A program made the translations under genes and the position numbers. A stretch of DNA of 64,000 nt, from the NCBI GenBank assembly GCA_039815375.1, contig JBCBZJ010000012.1, positions 24,504-88,503 on the forward strand. The letters are read 5' to 3'. Of this stretch, positions 9,903 to 18,903 are shown piece after piece. Every line of letters starts with the position of its first letter. Within the stretch, counting starts at the first letter, position 1. The notes beneath the pieces are model-generated. The model had not been told where the DNA came from. It searched no databases and saw only the letters and a list, made by a program, of their open reading frames with translations. Origin of the DNA: Verrucomicrobiota bacterium. GTDB taxonomy: Bacteria; Verrucomicrobiota; Verrucomicrobiia; Opitutales; Coraliomargaritaceae.

Positions 9903-10052
9903 TAAAATCTAGTTATAGCTGCTCTCAAAGGCAAGGTGGACGAAATCTGGGTTACAATCGATTTGGATGTCGATTTCTGCTTCGCTGACTCTGACTTCGG
10001 GACACGTGAGAATTAAGGCAACGCTTTTAGCAATTTATTAGACACACTCTAA
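9903..10052 (+). repeat. Dispersed ~150-bp intergenic element, copy A (IS-end/MITE-like)
   Basis: Colinear with the reverse complement of 16091-16254; shared blocks GTGGACGAAATC, AATCGATTTGGATGTCGATTT (21 nt exact) and ATTAGACACACT. Confidence 0.8.
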
Positions 10053-10868
10053 GCGTTTCAGGAGAATTTCATGACCATCGACAACCGCTTCGGCGTAAGC
10101 CTGTCGAAACGCTGCCAAACTCGGGAAATCGAAACCGGGAACAAATCGCGCATCGATTTTCAAGCGAATCGAAGGCTCAACAAAAGGCCATGGGTCGAGA
10201 GTGTGCGTGGTCTTGTCGATGCGTCTAAACACAACCTCAACTTTTTCGCCCGAAACTCTGCTCAAGCCATGCCTCAACTCAATCGGCTCAGGGAAATCGG
10301 TGCAGGCATAAAGCGAAAAACTATCGCACGCCTGAAGGAATTCGAAACCCTCCCGCAGGTTCTCCTTCGAGAGATGGCTCGCATCCATCCCCTGCCGTAA
10401 CAATTCTTCAATTAGCTCAAGCCGCCGCGCACGTTGCTGCGAAATAAACCGGCCATGGATATCCATTTCCTCTTCGCTCAGGGCAGAGAGGTCTGCCTGT
10501 TCAGTGAGCAAGTTATCGGTATGCATGGAAATGAGAATCCCGGCAAAGCGATCTTCCATCGCTGCAGCTTCTGTCGCCTCACCACGCACAGCCAGATAAT
10601 CCTCCATATCAATCTCCTCAAATGCATCATAGGAACCGACTAACTCCCGAGAAAACGCACTGGGTAATCCTTCCGGGGTAAGAAAGGGTTCCGCATCGCG
10701 TCTAATCCATGAATCATCGTGATGAAAGACTGCATGGATGACACTATCCACTGGCCCTGGCTTCGCGAACCTAGTTGTATCAACAGCCTCGGCAAAATGC
10801 CCTGCGAGCTTTGCGTGCTCACGATGCGTAACAAGAATCCAACCACCGTCCTTTTCTAATCTCAGCAT
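10038..10868 (-). CDS. DUF3891 family protein
   Basis: 276 aa; HAKLAG..A, A..HHDDSW, LISMH, LQACD.FSL..C, LDPWPF. Confidence 0.8.
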   Translation of the reverse strand: MLRLEKDGGWILVTHREHAKLAGHFAEAVDTTRFAKPGPVDSVIHAVFHHDDSWIRRDAEPFLTPEGLPSAFSRELVGSYDAFEEIDMEDYLAVRGEATEAAAMEDRFAGILISMHTDNLLTEQADLSALSEEEMDIHGRFISQQRARRLELIEELLRQGMDASHLSKENLREGFEFLQACDSFSLYACTDFPEPIELRHGLSRVSGEKVEVVFRRIDKTTHTLDPWPFVEPSIRLKIDARFVPGFDFPSLAAFRQAYAEAVVDGHEILLKRLECV

Positions 10869-10927
10869 AAATTAAGACTAACATTTGTTGTTCCAATTCG
10901 CATTCCCAATAAAAATGACTGCCTGAC

Positions 10928-11389
10928 ATGAAAAGTATCGAAGAAAACCTGGCCGCGCTAGAGCTTCAGCTACCGGCGGCTCCCGGTGCCGGGGGCAACT
11001 ATGTCCCCTTCAAAATCATCGAAAAGACCTTGATTCTTTCAGGAGTTATCAGCGTCTCGAACGGCAGAATCCTGACCGGACAAGTCGGCCAAAGCTGTGA
11101 AATAGAAGAGGCCCGCGAGGCCGCCAAAGCCTGCGCGCTAAATGCCCTTGCTGTAATTAAAGAAGCACTCGGCGGCAGCTTTGATCGATTGGATTCAATT
11201 CATTCGATGAGCGGATACGTAAACGGCATCTCGGATTTTCCTGATGCACCTTTGGTCATCAACGGGGCATCCGATCTTTTCATCGCACTAATGGGAGACT
11301 CCGGAAGGCATACCCGCACAGCAGTTACGGTGGCGGGGCTTCCCAAAGGCGCAATGGTCGAAATTCAGGTCACAGCCGGACTGAAATAG
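10928..11389 (+). CDS. RidA/YjgF family protein
   Basis: LP..P..GGNYVP, VINGASDL, GRHTRTAV...LP....VEI. Confidence 0.9.
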   Translation: MKSIEENLAALELQLPAAPGAGGNYVPFKIIEKTLILSGVISVSNGRILTGQVGQSCEIEEAREAAKACALNALAVIKEALGGSFDRLDSIHSMSGYVNGISDFPDAPLVINGASDLFIALMGDSGRHTRTAVTVAGLPKGAMVEIQVTAGLK

Positions 11390-11427
11390 TTTTACAGCTG
11401 AGGCATAGTTACTGCTCGGCATGCCCG

Positions 11428-12093
11428 GTGCGCGAGGTCGATCGAAAGTATGTAATCCTACTCACTGTCTTCATTGCGGTCATGGCCGTGCTCAATGTCA
11501 TCAGTGCGAAACTGGCCCTGATCCCATTTTGGTTTGCACCTGTCAGCGCCGGGATCATCTGCTACTGGCTCACTTTCCCCATCACGGATGCGGTTGGCGA
11601 AGTCTACGGAAAAGCGAACGCCATGTTTCTTGTCTGGATGGGATTTGTGGCGAACATCCTTGTTCTCGGGCTCAGTGCGTGGGCCATCGCTCTGGAACCT
11701 TCCGAACTCTATGCTCACCAGTCAGCGATGGAAAATGTGTTGGGCTCGGTGCCACTGATTGTGATTGCTTCGCTGACTGCTTATCTTTCGGCCCAGTTGC
11801 ATGACGTTTGGGCCTACCACTTCTGGAAGACAATTACCAAGGGCAAACATATGTGGCTCCGTAATAATCTCAGCACAATCTCTTCCCAGTTGATCGACTC
11901 CCTGATTTTCAATGGTATCGCCTTTTACTTGTTTGGCGAAGTGGACTGGACCTTTCTGGATTTTCTCGGAACGACCCTCGCCTATTGGATGCTCAAGCTC
12001 TGCATCGCTGTGGTCGATACCCCCCTCGTTTACGTTCTACACTATTGGCTGACCGGGAAGTGGGCACCGGAACCTTCCAGCGAAAGAGCCTGA
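11428..12093 (+). CDS. Queuosine precursor transporter (YhhQ/VUT family)
   Basis: TF...D...EVYG, ASL.AYL.AQ..DV, WLRNNLST..SQLIDS.IF, DTP..Y. Confidence 0.9.
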   Translation: MREVDRKYVILLTVFIAVMAVLNVISAKLALIPFWFAPVSAGIICYWLTFPITDAVGEVYGKANAMFLVWMGFVANILVLGLSAWAIALEPSELYAHQSAMENVLGSVPLIVIASLTAYLSAQLHDVWAYHFWKTITKGKHMWLRNNLSTISSQLIDSLIFNGIAFYLFGEVDWTFLDFLGTTLAYWMLKLCIAVVDTPLVYVLHYWLTGKWAPEPSSERA

Positions 12094-12111
12094 CCTCTCG
12101 CTGAAGCACCC

Positions 12112-13338
12112 ATGAATATTTCCAACTCCATCGTCTTCTTTGGCCCAGAGCTGGAGCCCCATACCTGCGAGTTGTTTTCCGTTGAAGACGGGATTATCTC
12201 TAAAATCGAACTCGGCGATCCGATCATGCAGATTGAGGAGGGCGCTCTTGTCCTAATTCCCGGCCTATACAATAGCCATACCCATATGGGGGATAGCATT
12301 TTACCTGACGGAGCAACGGGTATGACCTTGGAGCAGGGCTTTTTTCGACCCAAAGGCTATAAGTATCGAGAACTCGCCAAGGCTCCGCGTGATGAGCATC
12401 TCAAGAATATCTGCGCTCACCTTCGCTACATGGCGCGGACCGGCACAGTTGGCCATATTGATTTTCGCGAACAGGGAGTTTACGGCAGCGAATTGCTTCG
12501 GGAAGCGTCCGAAATGACCGGTGTCAATTCTATCATCCTCGGGCAATTCAACGAGCTTCCATTCACGTCTGAGGAGCTCGACCAGAATTCAAAAGAGCTT
12601 ACGGAGAATGGTATTAGCGAGCTCGAAAAACTACTCGGGATCGCCGATGGGTTCTCCGAGAGCACAATGAACGACCTGACTGACCCGGCCTGGTCCAGGG
12701 TCCGAGAACTCACGAACAAGGCAGGGAAGCTGCGCGCCATCCACTGCCTTGAAAACGAAGGCTATCGAAATGAAAGCCTGCGTATTGCCGGACGCGGCGA
12801 CCTTATTCGTGCGATCGAACTATTCGCGCCGCACCTGATTATTCATCTCACTGTAGCCGACCCGGATGAGATCCGCCTACTTAAGGAAAACAAGGTGAAC
12901 GGTGTTTTGAATCCGCGGGCAAATGGAAATCTCGGGCTGCCGATTCCACCGGTTCGCGCGCTCCTTGACGCTGGCATCAACCTGATGCTGGGAACCGACA
13001 ACGGATTGCTGAACAGCCCGAACATGTTTGCGGAACTCGACTACACTTATAAAATTACCAAGAGCCAATATGGAGACGCTATCTCCCCGGACCCACTAGC
13101 GATTCTCAAAATGGCAACGAGCAACGTTCGGTCAGCTTTGAATGATGCCTACCCTGTCGGAGGCTATCTGGCTGAGGGCATGCCCGCTGATTTCTGCGTG
13201 CTAAATTTCCATCAACCTCACCTACGCCGCAGCCGCCATTTGCCTGCAAGCGTGACTACGCGCGTAACGCCGGAGGACGTGTTAGCCACTTACCGATCAG
13301 GAAACTCGATCTGGCAATCGCCGGAATTCCCCCCCTAA
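12112..13338 (+). CDS. Metal-dependent amidohydrolase/deaminase family protein
   Basis: LIPGLYNSHTHMGD, IHCLE, IIHLT, LGTDN metal-ligand motifs. Confidence 0.88.
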   Translation: MNISNSIVFFGPELEPHTCELFSVEDGIISKIELGDPIMQIEEGALVLIPGLYNSHTHMGDSILPDGATGMTLEQGFFRPKGYKYRELAKAPRDEHLKNICAHLRYMARTGTVGHIDFREQGVYGSELLREASEMTGVNSIILGQFNELPFTSEELDQNSKELTENGISELEKLLGIADGFSESTMNDLTDPAWSRVRELTNKAGKLRAIHCLENEGYRNESLRIAGRGDLIRAIELFAPHLIIHLTVADPDEIRLLKENKVNGVLNPRANGNLGLPIPPVRALLDAGINLMLGTDNGLLNSPNMFAELDYTYKITKSQYGDAISPDPLAILKMATSNVRSALNDAYPVGGYLAEGMPADFCVLNFHQPHLRRSRHLPASVTTRVTPEDVLATYRSGNSIWQSPEFPP

Positions 13339-13760
13339 ACCTGCGCTGGATCAACGAACTCCAGCGAGCCGTCGTCCTTCAGGCGGCGGTAGTAACAACC
13401 ACTGCGGGCAACGCCATCCTTACTTTTAGTATGGCACGCACCCTTCCCTGCCGGTGTGACCTTGTAGAGAATTGAATTTTGCTCACAGTTCACACGCAGT
13501 TCCTCGAGCTTGAGATAGTCGCCGCTGGTCATGCCCTTGATCCAGAGCTCATTGCGACTCGTGCTCCAAAAAGTCGCCATACCCTTTTCAAGCGCCGTCT
13601 CGACCGCGAGCTGGTTGGCATAACCTACAATGAGCACCTCGCCTGTGTGGGCATCCTGCGCTACAGCAGGCAGCACGTCCGCTTCGCAGTTTGCAACTTT
13701 TCGCAGCTTGGTAAAATCAAGATTGAGTAAAGAGCCTTCTTCCAGTTCTTCGTGAGTCAT
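13335..13760 (-). CDS. hisI: Phosphoribosyl-AMP cyclohydrolase
   Basis: [27 protein letters not shown]...CYYR. Confidence 0.9.
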   Translation of the reverse strand: MTHEELEEGSLLNLDFTKLRKVANCEADVLPAVAQDAHTGEVLIVGYANQLAVETALEKGMATFWSTSRNELWIKGMTSGDYLKLEELRVNCEQNSILYKVTPAGKGACHTKSKDGVARSGCYYRRLKDDGSLEFVDPAQV

Positions 13761-13937
13761 TCTGCCGAGCTAAGTCCAGCGGGTGCGACAGTCGAGTTTC
13801 GATTTCAACGAATGAAAGCAATTCATAGCTCGACATTTTCTTTTTGCTTTTCATCCAAAGGGATCGGCTCATCTTTAGTCGCTCTTTTCAACAATAGACC
13901 TACGCGGCACCCTACCGCTCTTAAACAGACAAAGACT

Positions 13938-15911
13938 ATGCAAACAGAGATTCTGTCACAAGCAGCCACTCAAGCCCGCGGACTCGCGATCGACGCCATC
14001 CACGCCTGCAGCTCAGGCCACCTCGGCCTCCCACTCGGTTGCGCTGAAATCGGCGCCGTCCTCTTCGGCGCAGGTGGCCTCCGATACAACCCGGCAGAAC
14101 CCAAGTGGCTCAACCGGGATCGCTTCGTGCTCTCCGGCGGCCACGGCTCCATGTTCATTTACGGCTGGCTCCACCTCGCCGGCTACCATCTTTCGATTGA
14201 AGAAGTGAAGAACTTCCGTCAGCTCGGCTCGGAAACTCCGGGGCACCCTGAGTTTGGTGATACCGTCGGTGTTGAAGCCACTACTGGCCCGCTCGGTCAG
14301 GGCATAGGCAACGCTGTCGGCTACGCCGTATCCGGCAAACGTGCCGCAGCCAAATTCAACACTGCCGATCACACCATCTTCGATCACCACGTCTTCGCTC
14401 TTCACGGCGACGGCTGCCTGCAGGAAGGCGTGGCCAAAGAGTCGATCGCTTTCGCGGGTCATAACAAGCTCGATAACCTCATCCTGATCTACGACTCCAA
14501 TGACGTCACCCTCGACGCCATGGCCGAGCAGACCCAGAGCGAAGATGCCGAAGCTTACTTCACTTCTCAGGGATGGGATGCAGTCACCATCGACGGCCAC
14601 GACTTAGAAGCTGTTTCCGGCGCGATCCACGAGGCCAAAACCAACGACAACGGCAAGCCCAAGGTCATTATCGCCAAGACCACAATCGGCAAGGGTATCC
14701 CCGAAGTCGAAGGCAGCGCAGCCGGTCACGGTGAAGGCGGTGCAAAATTTGCCGAAGGTGCACGCAAGGGCCTTGGTCTTCCTGAAGAGACCTTCTACGT
14801 CTCCGACGAAGTTCGCGGCCACTTTGCCGCCCTCGCAGACGCTGCCAAGGCTACCCAGGAAGAATGGCAGGCCACCTTCGACGCATGGTCCACTGCCAAC
14901 CCGGAGCTCGCAGCCGAGCTCACTGGTCCGGTTCCGTCAGATATCCTGAGCAGTATCCCTGAATTCGAAGCAGGCACCAAGGTGGCCACTCGTGCCGCTG
15001 GTGGCACCGTCATCCAGTCTGTGGCCAAGGCTGTCCCGCAACTCATCACCGGCTCGGCCGACCTTTTTGGTTCAACCAAGAACTACATCAAGGAAGCCGG
15101 CGACTTCTCGGCCAAAGATCCGCTCGGCCGCAACATCTGGTTCGGTATCCGCGAGCACGGCATGGGTGCGATCTGTAACGGGATCGCTTACGATGGCATC
15201 TTCCGCGCCAGCGGTGCCACCTTCCTCGTCTTTGCCGACTACATGCGCGGTTCGATCCGCCTCGCTGCGCTCGCCGGTATTCCCGTCACTTACATCTTCA
15301 CTCATGATTCCGTCGGTGTCGGTGAAGACGGCCCGACCCACCAGCCTGTGGAAACTGTCAGCGGCCTTCGTGTAATTCCAAATCTCGACGTCATCCGCCC
15401 CGGTGATCCGGAAGAGACTGCCGGTGCCTTTGCCGCTGCCATCGAACGCACTGATGGACCAACCGCTCTCATCCTCACTCGTCAAGGCATCCCTTCGCAG
15501 GACAGCATCTCTGCGGCTGGCCGCCGCGAAGGCACCCTCAAGGGCGGCTATATCGCGAAAGAAGAAACCGGCGACCTGAAGCTCATCCTTCTCGCCACCG
15601 GCTCCGAGCTCCAGCACGCCATGGGTGCAGCCGAGCAACTCGGCGACGGCGTCCGCGTGGTCTCCCTTCCCTGCTTTGAACGTTTCGAGCGCCAGTCCAC
15701 TGACTACATTGAAAGCGTCCTTCCCAGCAGCTGCACTACACGTGTGGCCGTGGAGGCCGGCGTCTCCGCAACATGGGGCAAATACGTCGGTCTCGCCGGC
15801 AAGACCGTCTGCATCGACCGCTTCGGTATGTCCGCCCCCGGCGACACCGTCATGGAGCAACTCGGCATGACTGCCGACAACGTCGCCGCCGTTGCCAAGG
15901 AACTACTCTAA
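13938..15911 (+). CDS. tkt: Transketolase
   Basis: [52 protein letters not shown]; start placed at ATG 13938 (MQTEIL). Confidence 0.96.
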   Translation: MQTEILSQAATQARGLAIDAIHACSSGHLGLPLGCAEIGAVLFGAGGLRYNPAEPKWLNRDRFVLSGGHGSMFIYGWLHLAGYHLSIEEVKNFRQLGSETPGHPEFGDTVGVEATTGPLGQGIGNAVGYAVSGKRAAAKFNTADHTIFDHHVFALHGDGCLQEGVAKESIAFAGHNKLDNLILIYDSNDVTLDAMAEQTQSEDAEAYFTSQGWDAVTIDGHDLEAVSGAIHEAKTNDNGKPKVIIAKTTIGKGIPEVEGSAAGHGEGGAKFAEGARKGLGLPEETFYVSDEVRGHFAALADAAKATQEEWQATFDAWSTANPELAAELTGPVPSDILSSIPEFEAGTKVATRAAGGTVIQSVAKAVPQLITGSADLFGSTKNYIKEAGDFSAKDPLGRNIWFGIREHGMGAICNGIAYDGIFRASGATFLVFADYMRGSIRLAALAGIPVTYIFTHDSVGVGEDGPTHQPVETVSGLRVIPNLDVIRPGDPEETAGAFAAAIERTDGPTALILTRQGIPSQDSISAAGRREGTLKGGYIAKEETGDLKLILLATGSELQHAMGAAEQLGDGVRVVSLPCFERFERQSTDYIESVLPSSCTTRVAVEAGVSATWGKYVGLAGKTVCIDRFGMSAPGDTVMEQLGMTADNVAAVAKELL

Positions 15912-15933
15912 AGTGTAGTTGATATTTCGATAC

Positions 15934-15966
15934 AAAGGCCGCTTCGCAAGGAGCGGCCTTTTTTTT
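15934..15966 (+). terminator. Rho-independent terminator of tkt
   Basis: AAAGGCCGCTTC-GCAA-GGAGCGGCC followed by a T-tract. Confidence 0.9.
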
Positions 15967-16090
15967 AACCGAAACGATGCAGCCGAACTTCAAAAACATA
16001 ATATCGAGTGAGGTCATTGCTTTTTTATAAGCCACATTCCTCATGCAAAGCATTGGAAATGTGCTCACCCAAATGGTGTTTTCGAATTTT

Positions 16091-16254
16091 TTATAGTGTG
16101 TCTAATGAATTACTAAAAGTGTTACTTTACTTCTCACGTATCTCGAAATCGAAGTCGACGAAGCGGACGTAATAAAATGAAGATGGCGTAGCAAATCGAC
16201 ATCCAAATCGATTTCGTCCACTTTACCGAGGAGAGTCACCATAATTGGATTTAA
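16091..16254 (-). repeat. Dispersed intergenic element, copy B (IS-end/MITE-like)
   Basis: Reverse complement aligns with 9903-10052, with two indels. Confidence 0.8.
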
Positions 16255-16369
16255 CTGAACGTCCTCCTGGGCGAGAAGCGCACATCGCTGACCGTCAGAG
16301 CTGCAGTCACGTGCTTTCGTCACCTAAGGAATTCTTAAATCATCTCAAAGTGATGTCTACACTGTCTCC

Positions 16370-16519
16370 CTAAATGAGACATATCCCTTTTAAGAAGTCC
16401 GTTTGCCTATTCAGGGTGGAAAACCAATTGATAATGACCCGATGCCTTTCACGCTCCTCGAGGGACAAATCTGCATCGGCAAGCCTATTAGACCAGTTTG
16501 GAAACGAGACTGTTAACAT
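16370..16519 (-). pseudogene. Possible 5' remnant of an integron integrase with a Verrucomicrobia-type N-terminal extension
   Basis: 49 aa MLTVSFPNWSNRLADADLSLEERERHRVIINWFSTL..., divergent from the array at the usual intI position. Resemblance to Opitutales IntI N-termini is from recall only; no catalytic domain is present. Confidence 0.4.
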
Positions 16520-16749
16520 AAACAATAATAGTGATTATATGTTCACTATTAATCAAATCTAAAATGATCTCTCCTGATCGACGCACCCTCCAGCTCTCGC
16601 GCGCGTATTCGGAGACAAATTGACACATCTGGCCAATGACATATCAGCTCCAGAAAACTTCAGTATTTCCTATGCCTTTGTTAAACAACAAGTTTGGACG
16701 CCCATCCTATTAAGCTTGAGCCAACTTTCGATCTAACGATTCTTCAAAA

Positions 16750-16774
16750 AATACACTAATAAACACTGATATAG
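16750..16774 (+). other. Candidate attI-like site / start of first cassette
   Basis: ...CACTAATAAACACTG|ATATAG: non-palindromic and A-rich; GATATAG is the exact complement of the first cassette's R'' (CTATATC at 17036). Confidence 0.5.
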
Positions 16775-16801
16775 AAAAAATGAAGAAGGAAAAAGAATAG
16801 C

Positions 16802-17017
16802 ATGGGATGGATATTAATAGCACTTGGCATTGTTCTCCTTGCTCTCACTGCAAAAGAATTTTTCGACGGTGAATCCGACAGCATCTACCTTTTGGACTGG
16901 GACTGGATCTGGTTTGATCTCTCTAGGCACGAACATCCACTCCTCTACAATGCTGCTCTGACCGCTCAGGTGGTCGCCGGAATAGGACTCATTGGTTCAG
17001 GTATCGCAGCACTTTGA
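16802..17017 (+). CDS. Cassette 1: small two-TM membrane protein
   Basis: 71 aa with two hydrophobic segments; fills the cassette. Confidence 0.75.
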   Translation: MGWILIALGIVLLALTAKEFFDGESDSIYLLDWDWIWFDLSRHEHPLLYNAALTAQVVAGIGLIGSGIAAL

Positions 17018-17035
17018 CCGAGACGAAATTGAAGA

Positions 17036-17106
17036 CTATATCCAGTCGCACCTATCAACTCCTTTCGCGCTCCGCGCTTCAGTCGCGATAGTGCTCCACG
17101 TTCTAA
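17036..17106 (+). other. attC site 1
   Basis: R'' CTATATC, L'' GCAC(C)TAT, L' ATAGTGC, R' GTTCTAA. Confidence 0.88.
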
Positions 17107-17112
17107 AAAGAA

Positions 17113-17397
17113 ATGAACTTTGATCCCAAAGGTCTAATCGAAGCAGCAAAGAAAGAGCATCCATCTCTCGAATGGCTGCCACATGCCTTGCTGAACCTTA
17201 AGGAAGAGAAGAAAAGAACAGAATACTATATCCACTACGTCGATCCAACGAACGCCAATCAATCAGGCTCCGAATGGCAGTTCTCGCACACCGTTGAAAT
17301 AAAGGAATCAGAATTTGGTGCAGTTATGATCGATATTTTGAAAGGAAATCAAATTGGTGGTATTGAACTTTACTCAAAATTGATGGACGCAGAATGA
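17113..17397 (+). CDS. Cassette 2: hypothetical protein
   Basis: 94 aa ORF starting just after R' and ending before attC2. Confidence 0.8.
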   Translation: MNFDPKGLIEAAKKEHPSLEWLPHALLNLKEEKKRTEYYIHYVDPTNANQSGSEWQFSHTVEIKESEFGAVMIDILKGNQIGGIELYSKLMDAE

Positions 17398-17417
17398 GCC
17401 AAACATCTGAAACGAAA

Positions 17418-17479
<62 letters not shown>

Positions 17480-17486
17480 AAATAGA

Positions 17487-17729
17487 ATGAACCCATCTAA
17501 AGAACTTAGATGCCCAGAATGTGATGGATTGGTTTTCAATAGACGGTATCCAAAGTGCGAACACTGCGGCGCTGATCTACCTAAAGAGTTCCGACTAACA
17601 GAAAAAGAGAAAGAAGAAGCAAATGAACTTCGAAATCAACAGAGGATGAAGAGAGAGAAAGAAAATTGGAGTTTTCTATATGACAGAGATCCAACCTCTG
17701 GTGGCGATGGAGGCTACGTTGATGTTTGA
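17487..17729 (+). CDS. Cassette 3: small zinc-ribbon protein
   Basis: 80 aa; CPEC...CEHC. Confidence 0.8.
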   Translation: MNPSKELRCPECDGLVFNRRYPKCEHCGADLPKEFRLTEKEKEEANELRNQQRMKREKENWSFLYDRDPTSGGDGGYVDV

Positions 17730-17737
17730 AACCGAAA

Positions 17738-17842
<105 letters not shown>

Positions 17843-17852
17843 TAAAAAACCC

Positions 17853-18342
17853 ATGACCAACACCGCCAGAATTTGCCTCGCCCTATTCAGTCTCGCCTTC
17901 ACGAGTTATGTGAATGCAGATGAGAAGCCGAAATCCGATTCGCCAAGCGCGGCTCTCTTGTCCTACTACGAAGCCCTGAAGAAGGGCGACCTGGATGCCG
18001 CGAAGAGTCTCACGGCAAATTTCGCGAAACTTCCAGCTGAGTATGTGAGCCAGTATACCTCCAAGTATTCTGAAGGAGCGAAGGCCGACAAACTCACCAT
18101 CAAACTGGTTCCCAAGTCATCGAAGGTCTCAGAGCGCTGTTGTAACGTTCGAGGACGGAAACAAAGAGAAGCCTCATTACGATCCCGCATACCTTATCAA
18201 GCAGGACGGGAAATGGAGGGTGTTCCTCAAGCTCACTAAGTGGGAACATCCAGCCTTTGAAATCACTGAAGACCAAAAGAAGCGATTCGCAGAATTAGAA
18301 AAATGGTTCGATAAGGAAAAGGACAGGCTTTATGGTCGATAG
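17853..18342 (+). pseudogene. Cassette 4: secreted protein (NTF2/DUF4878-like), frameshifted near 18135
   Basis: Signal peptide and SP......YY.AL..GD...A. A second frame continues AVVTFED...DPAYLIKQDGKWRVF...YGR* to 18342, just before attC4. Confidence 0.75.
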
Positions 18343-18363
18343 CATACGCCGTCGAAACAACGA

Positions 18364-18488
18364 GGATAACAAGGCGTCGATCTCAACACCTGACCCTTTT
18401 CGAGTTGATCGCGTCATGATGGCTCAATCCTCAACTCAGAGGTCGGAGTCCACCCTCGGTCAGGTGTGAGATGACTCGGACGTTAGAT
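18364..18488 (+). other. attC site 4
   Basis: R'' GGATAAC (complement of GTTATCC), L'' GTC(G)ATCTCA(A)CACCTGACC pairing with GGTCAGGTGTGAGATGAC, R' GTTAGAT. Confidence 0.94.
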
Positions 18489-18492
18489 AAAA

Positions 18493-18864
18493 ATGAAACC
18501 ATTCATCTACCTACTTTTGCTTCTGCCGCTCGGCAGCTTTGTTGCTGGAGAACAATCATACAAAGAGAAAACAAAAGAAGAACTCTTCGTTCCAAGCGAG
18601 CCTGATAAACAACCTCAACTCATAAGCCAAATCTCCTTCGACTACCCCAAAGAGGTAAAGAAAGAAGGAATATCTGGAATCGTATCGTGCGAATTCATCG
18701 TGGGTCCAAAAGGAACTGTTACCTCTATTGAAATAACCAAATCTCCAGACAGTAGACTTTCCGAAGAAGTAAAGAAGACCATATCCAACGCAAGATTCAC
18801 GCCTGGGATGAAAAGTGGCCAAGCTGTTTCGGTCAGGATGAACATCAATGTCCCATTCAAATAG
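18493..18864 (+). CDS. Cassette 5: TonB C-terminal domain protein
   Basis: Signal peptide; YP......GISG.V..EF.V...G.V, RFTPG...GQAV.V....V.F. Confidence 0.88.
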   Translation: MKPFIYLLLLLPLGSFVAGEQSYKEKTKEELFVPSEPDKQPQLISQISFDYPKEVKKEGISGIVSCEFIVGPKGTVTSIEITKSPDSRLSEEVKKTISNARFTPGMKSGQAVSVRMNINVPFK

Positions 18865-18867
18865 AAG

Positions 18868-18897
18868 ATCTAACCAGCCAGAGCAGGCCCGTTGAAT
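18868..18897 (+). other. Truncated 30-bp attC site 5 (left arm fused directly to R')
   Basis: ATCTAAC-CAGCC-AGAGCAGG-CCC-GTTGAAT; R'' complements the preceding GTTAGAT; no L'. Confidence 0.8.
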
Positions 18898-18903
18898 AAG
18901 ATA

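Noticed and set aside
13752..13937. N-terminal extension of transketolase; similar extensions for the TauE, YraN, NUDIX and Amuc_1102-like ORFs
   Set aside because: They overlap divergent genes or intergenic DNA; family similarity begins at downstream starts
16102..16323. 73-aa minus-strand ORF as a gene or integrase fragment
   Set aside because: It lies over the dispersed repeat, whose other copy does not keep the frame; no tyrosine-recombinase motifs
16540..16555. LexA (TGTTC-N4-GAACA type) box upstream of the putative intI remnant
   Set aside because: Only one half-site (TGTTC) is present
16620..16648. Pc-like cassette promoter at TTGACA
   Set aside because: Perfect -35, but the best -10 (TATCAG at 16-bp spacing) is weak; not supportable without TSS data
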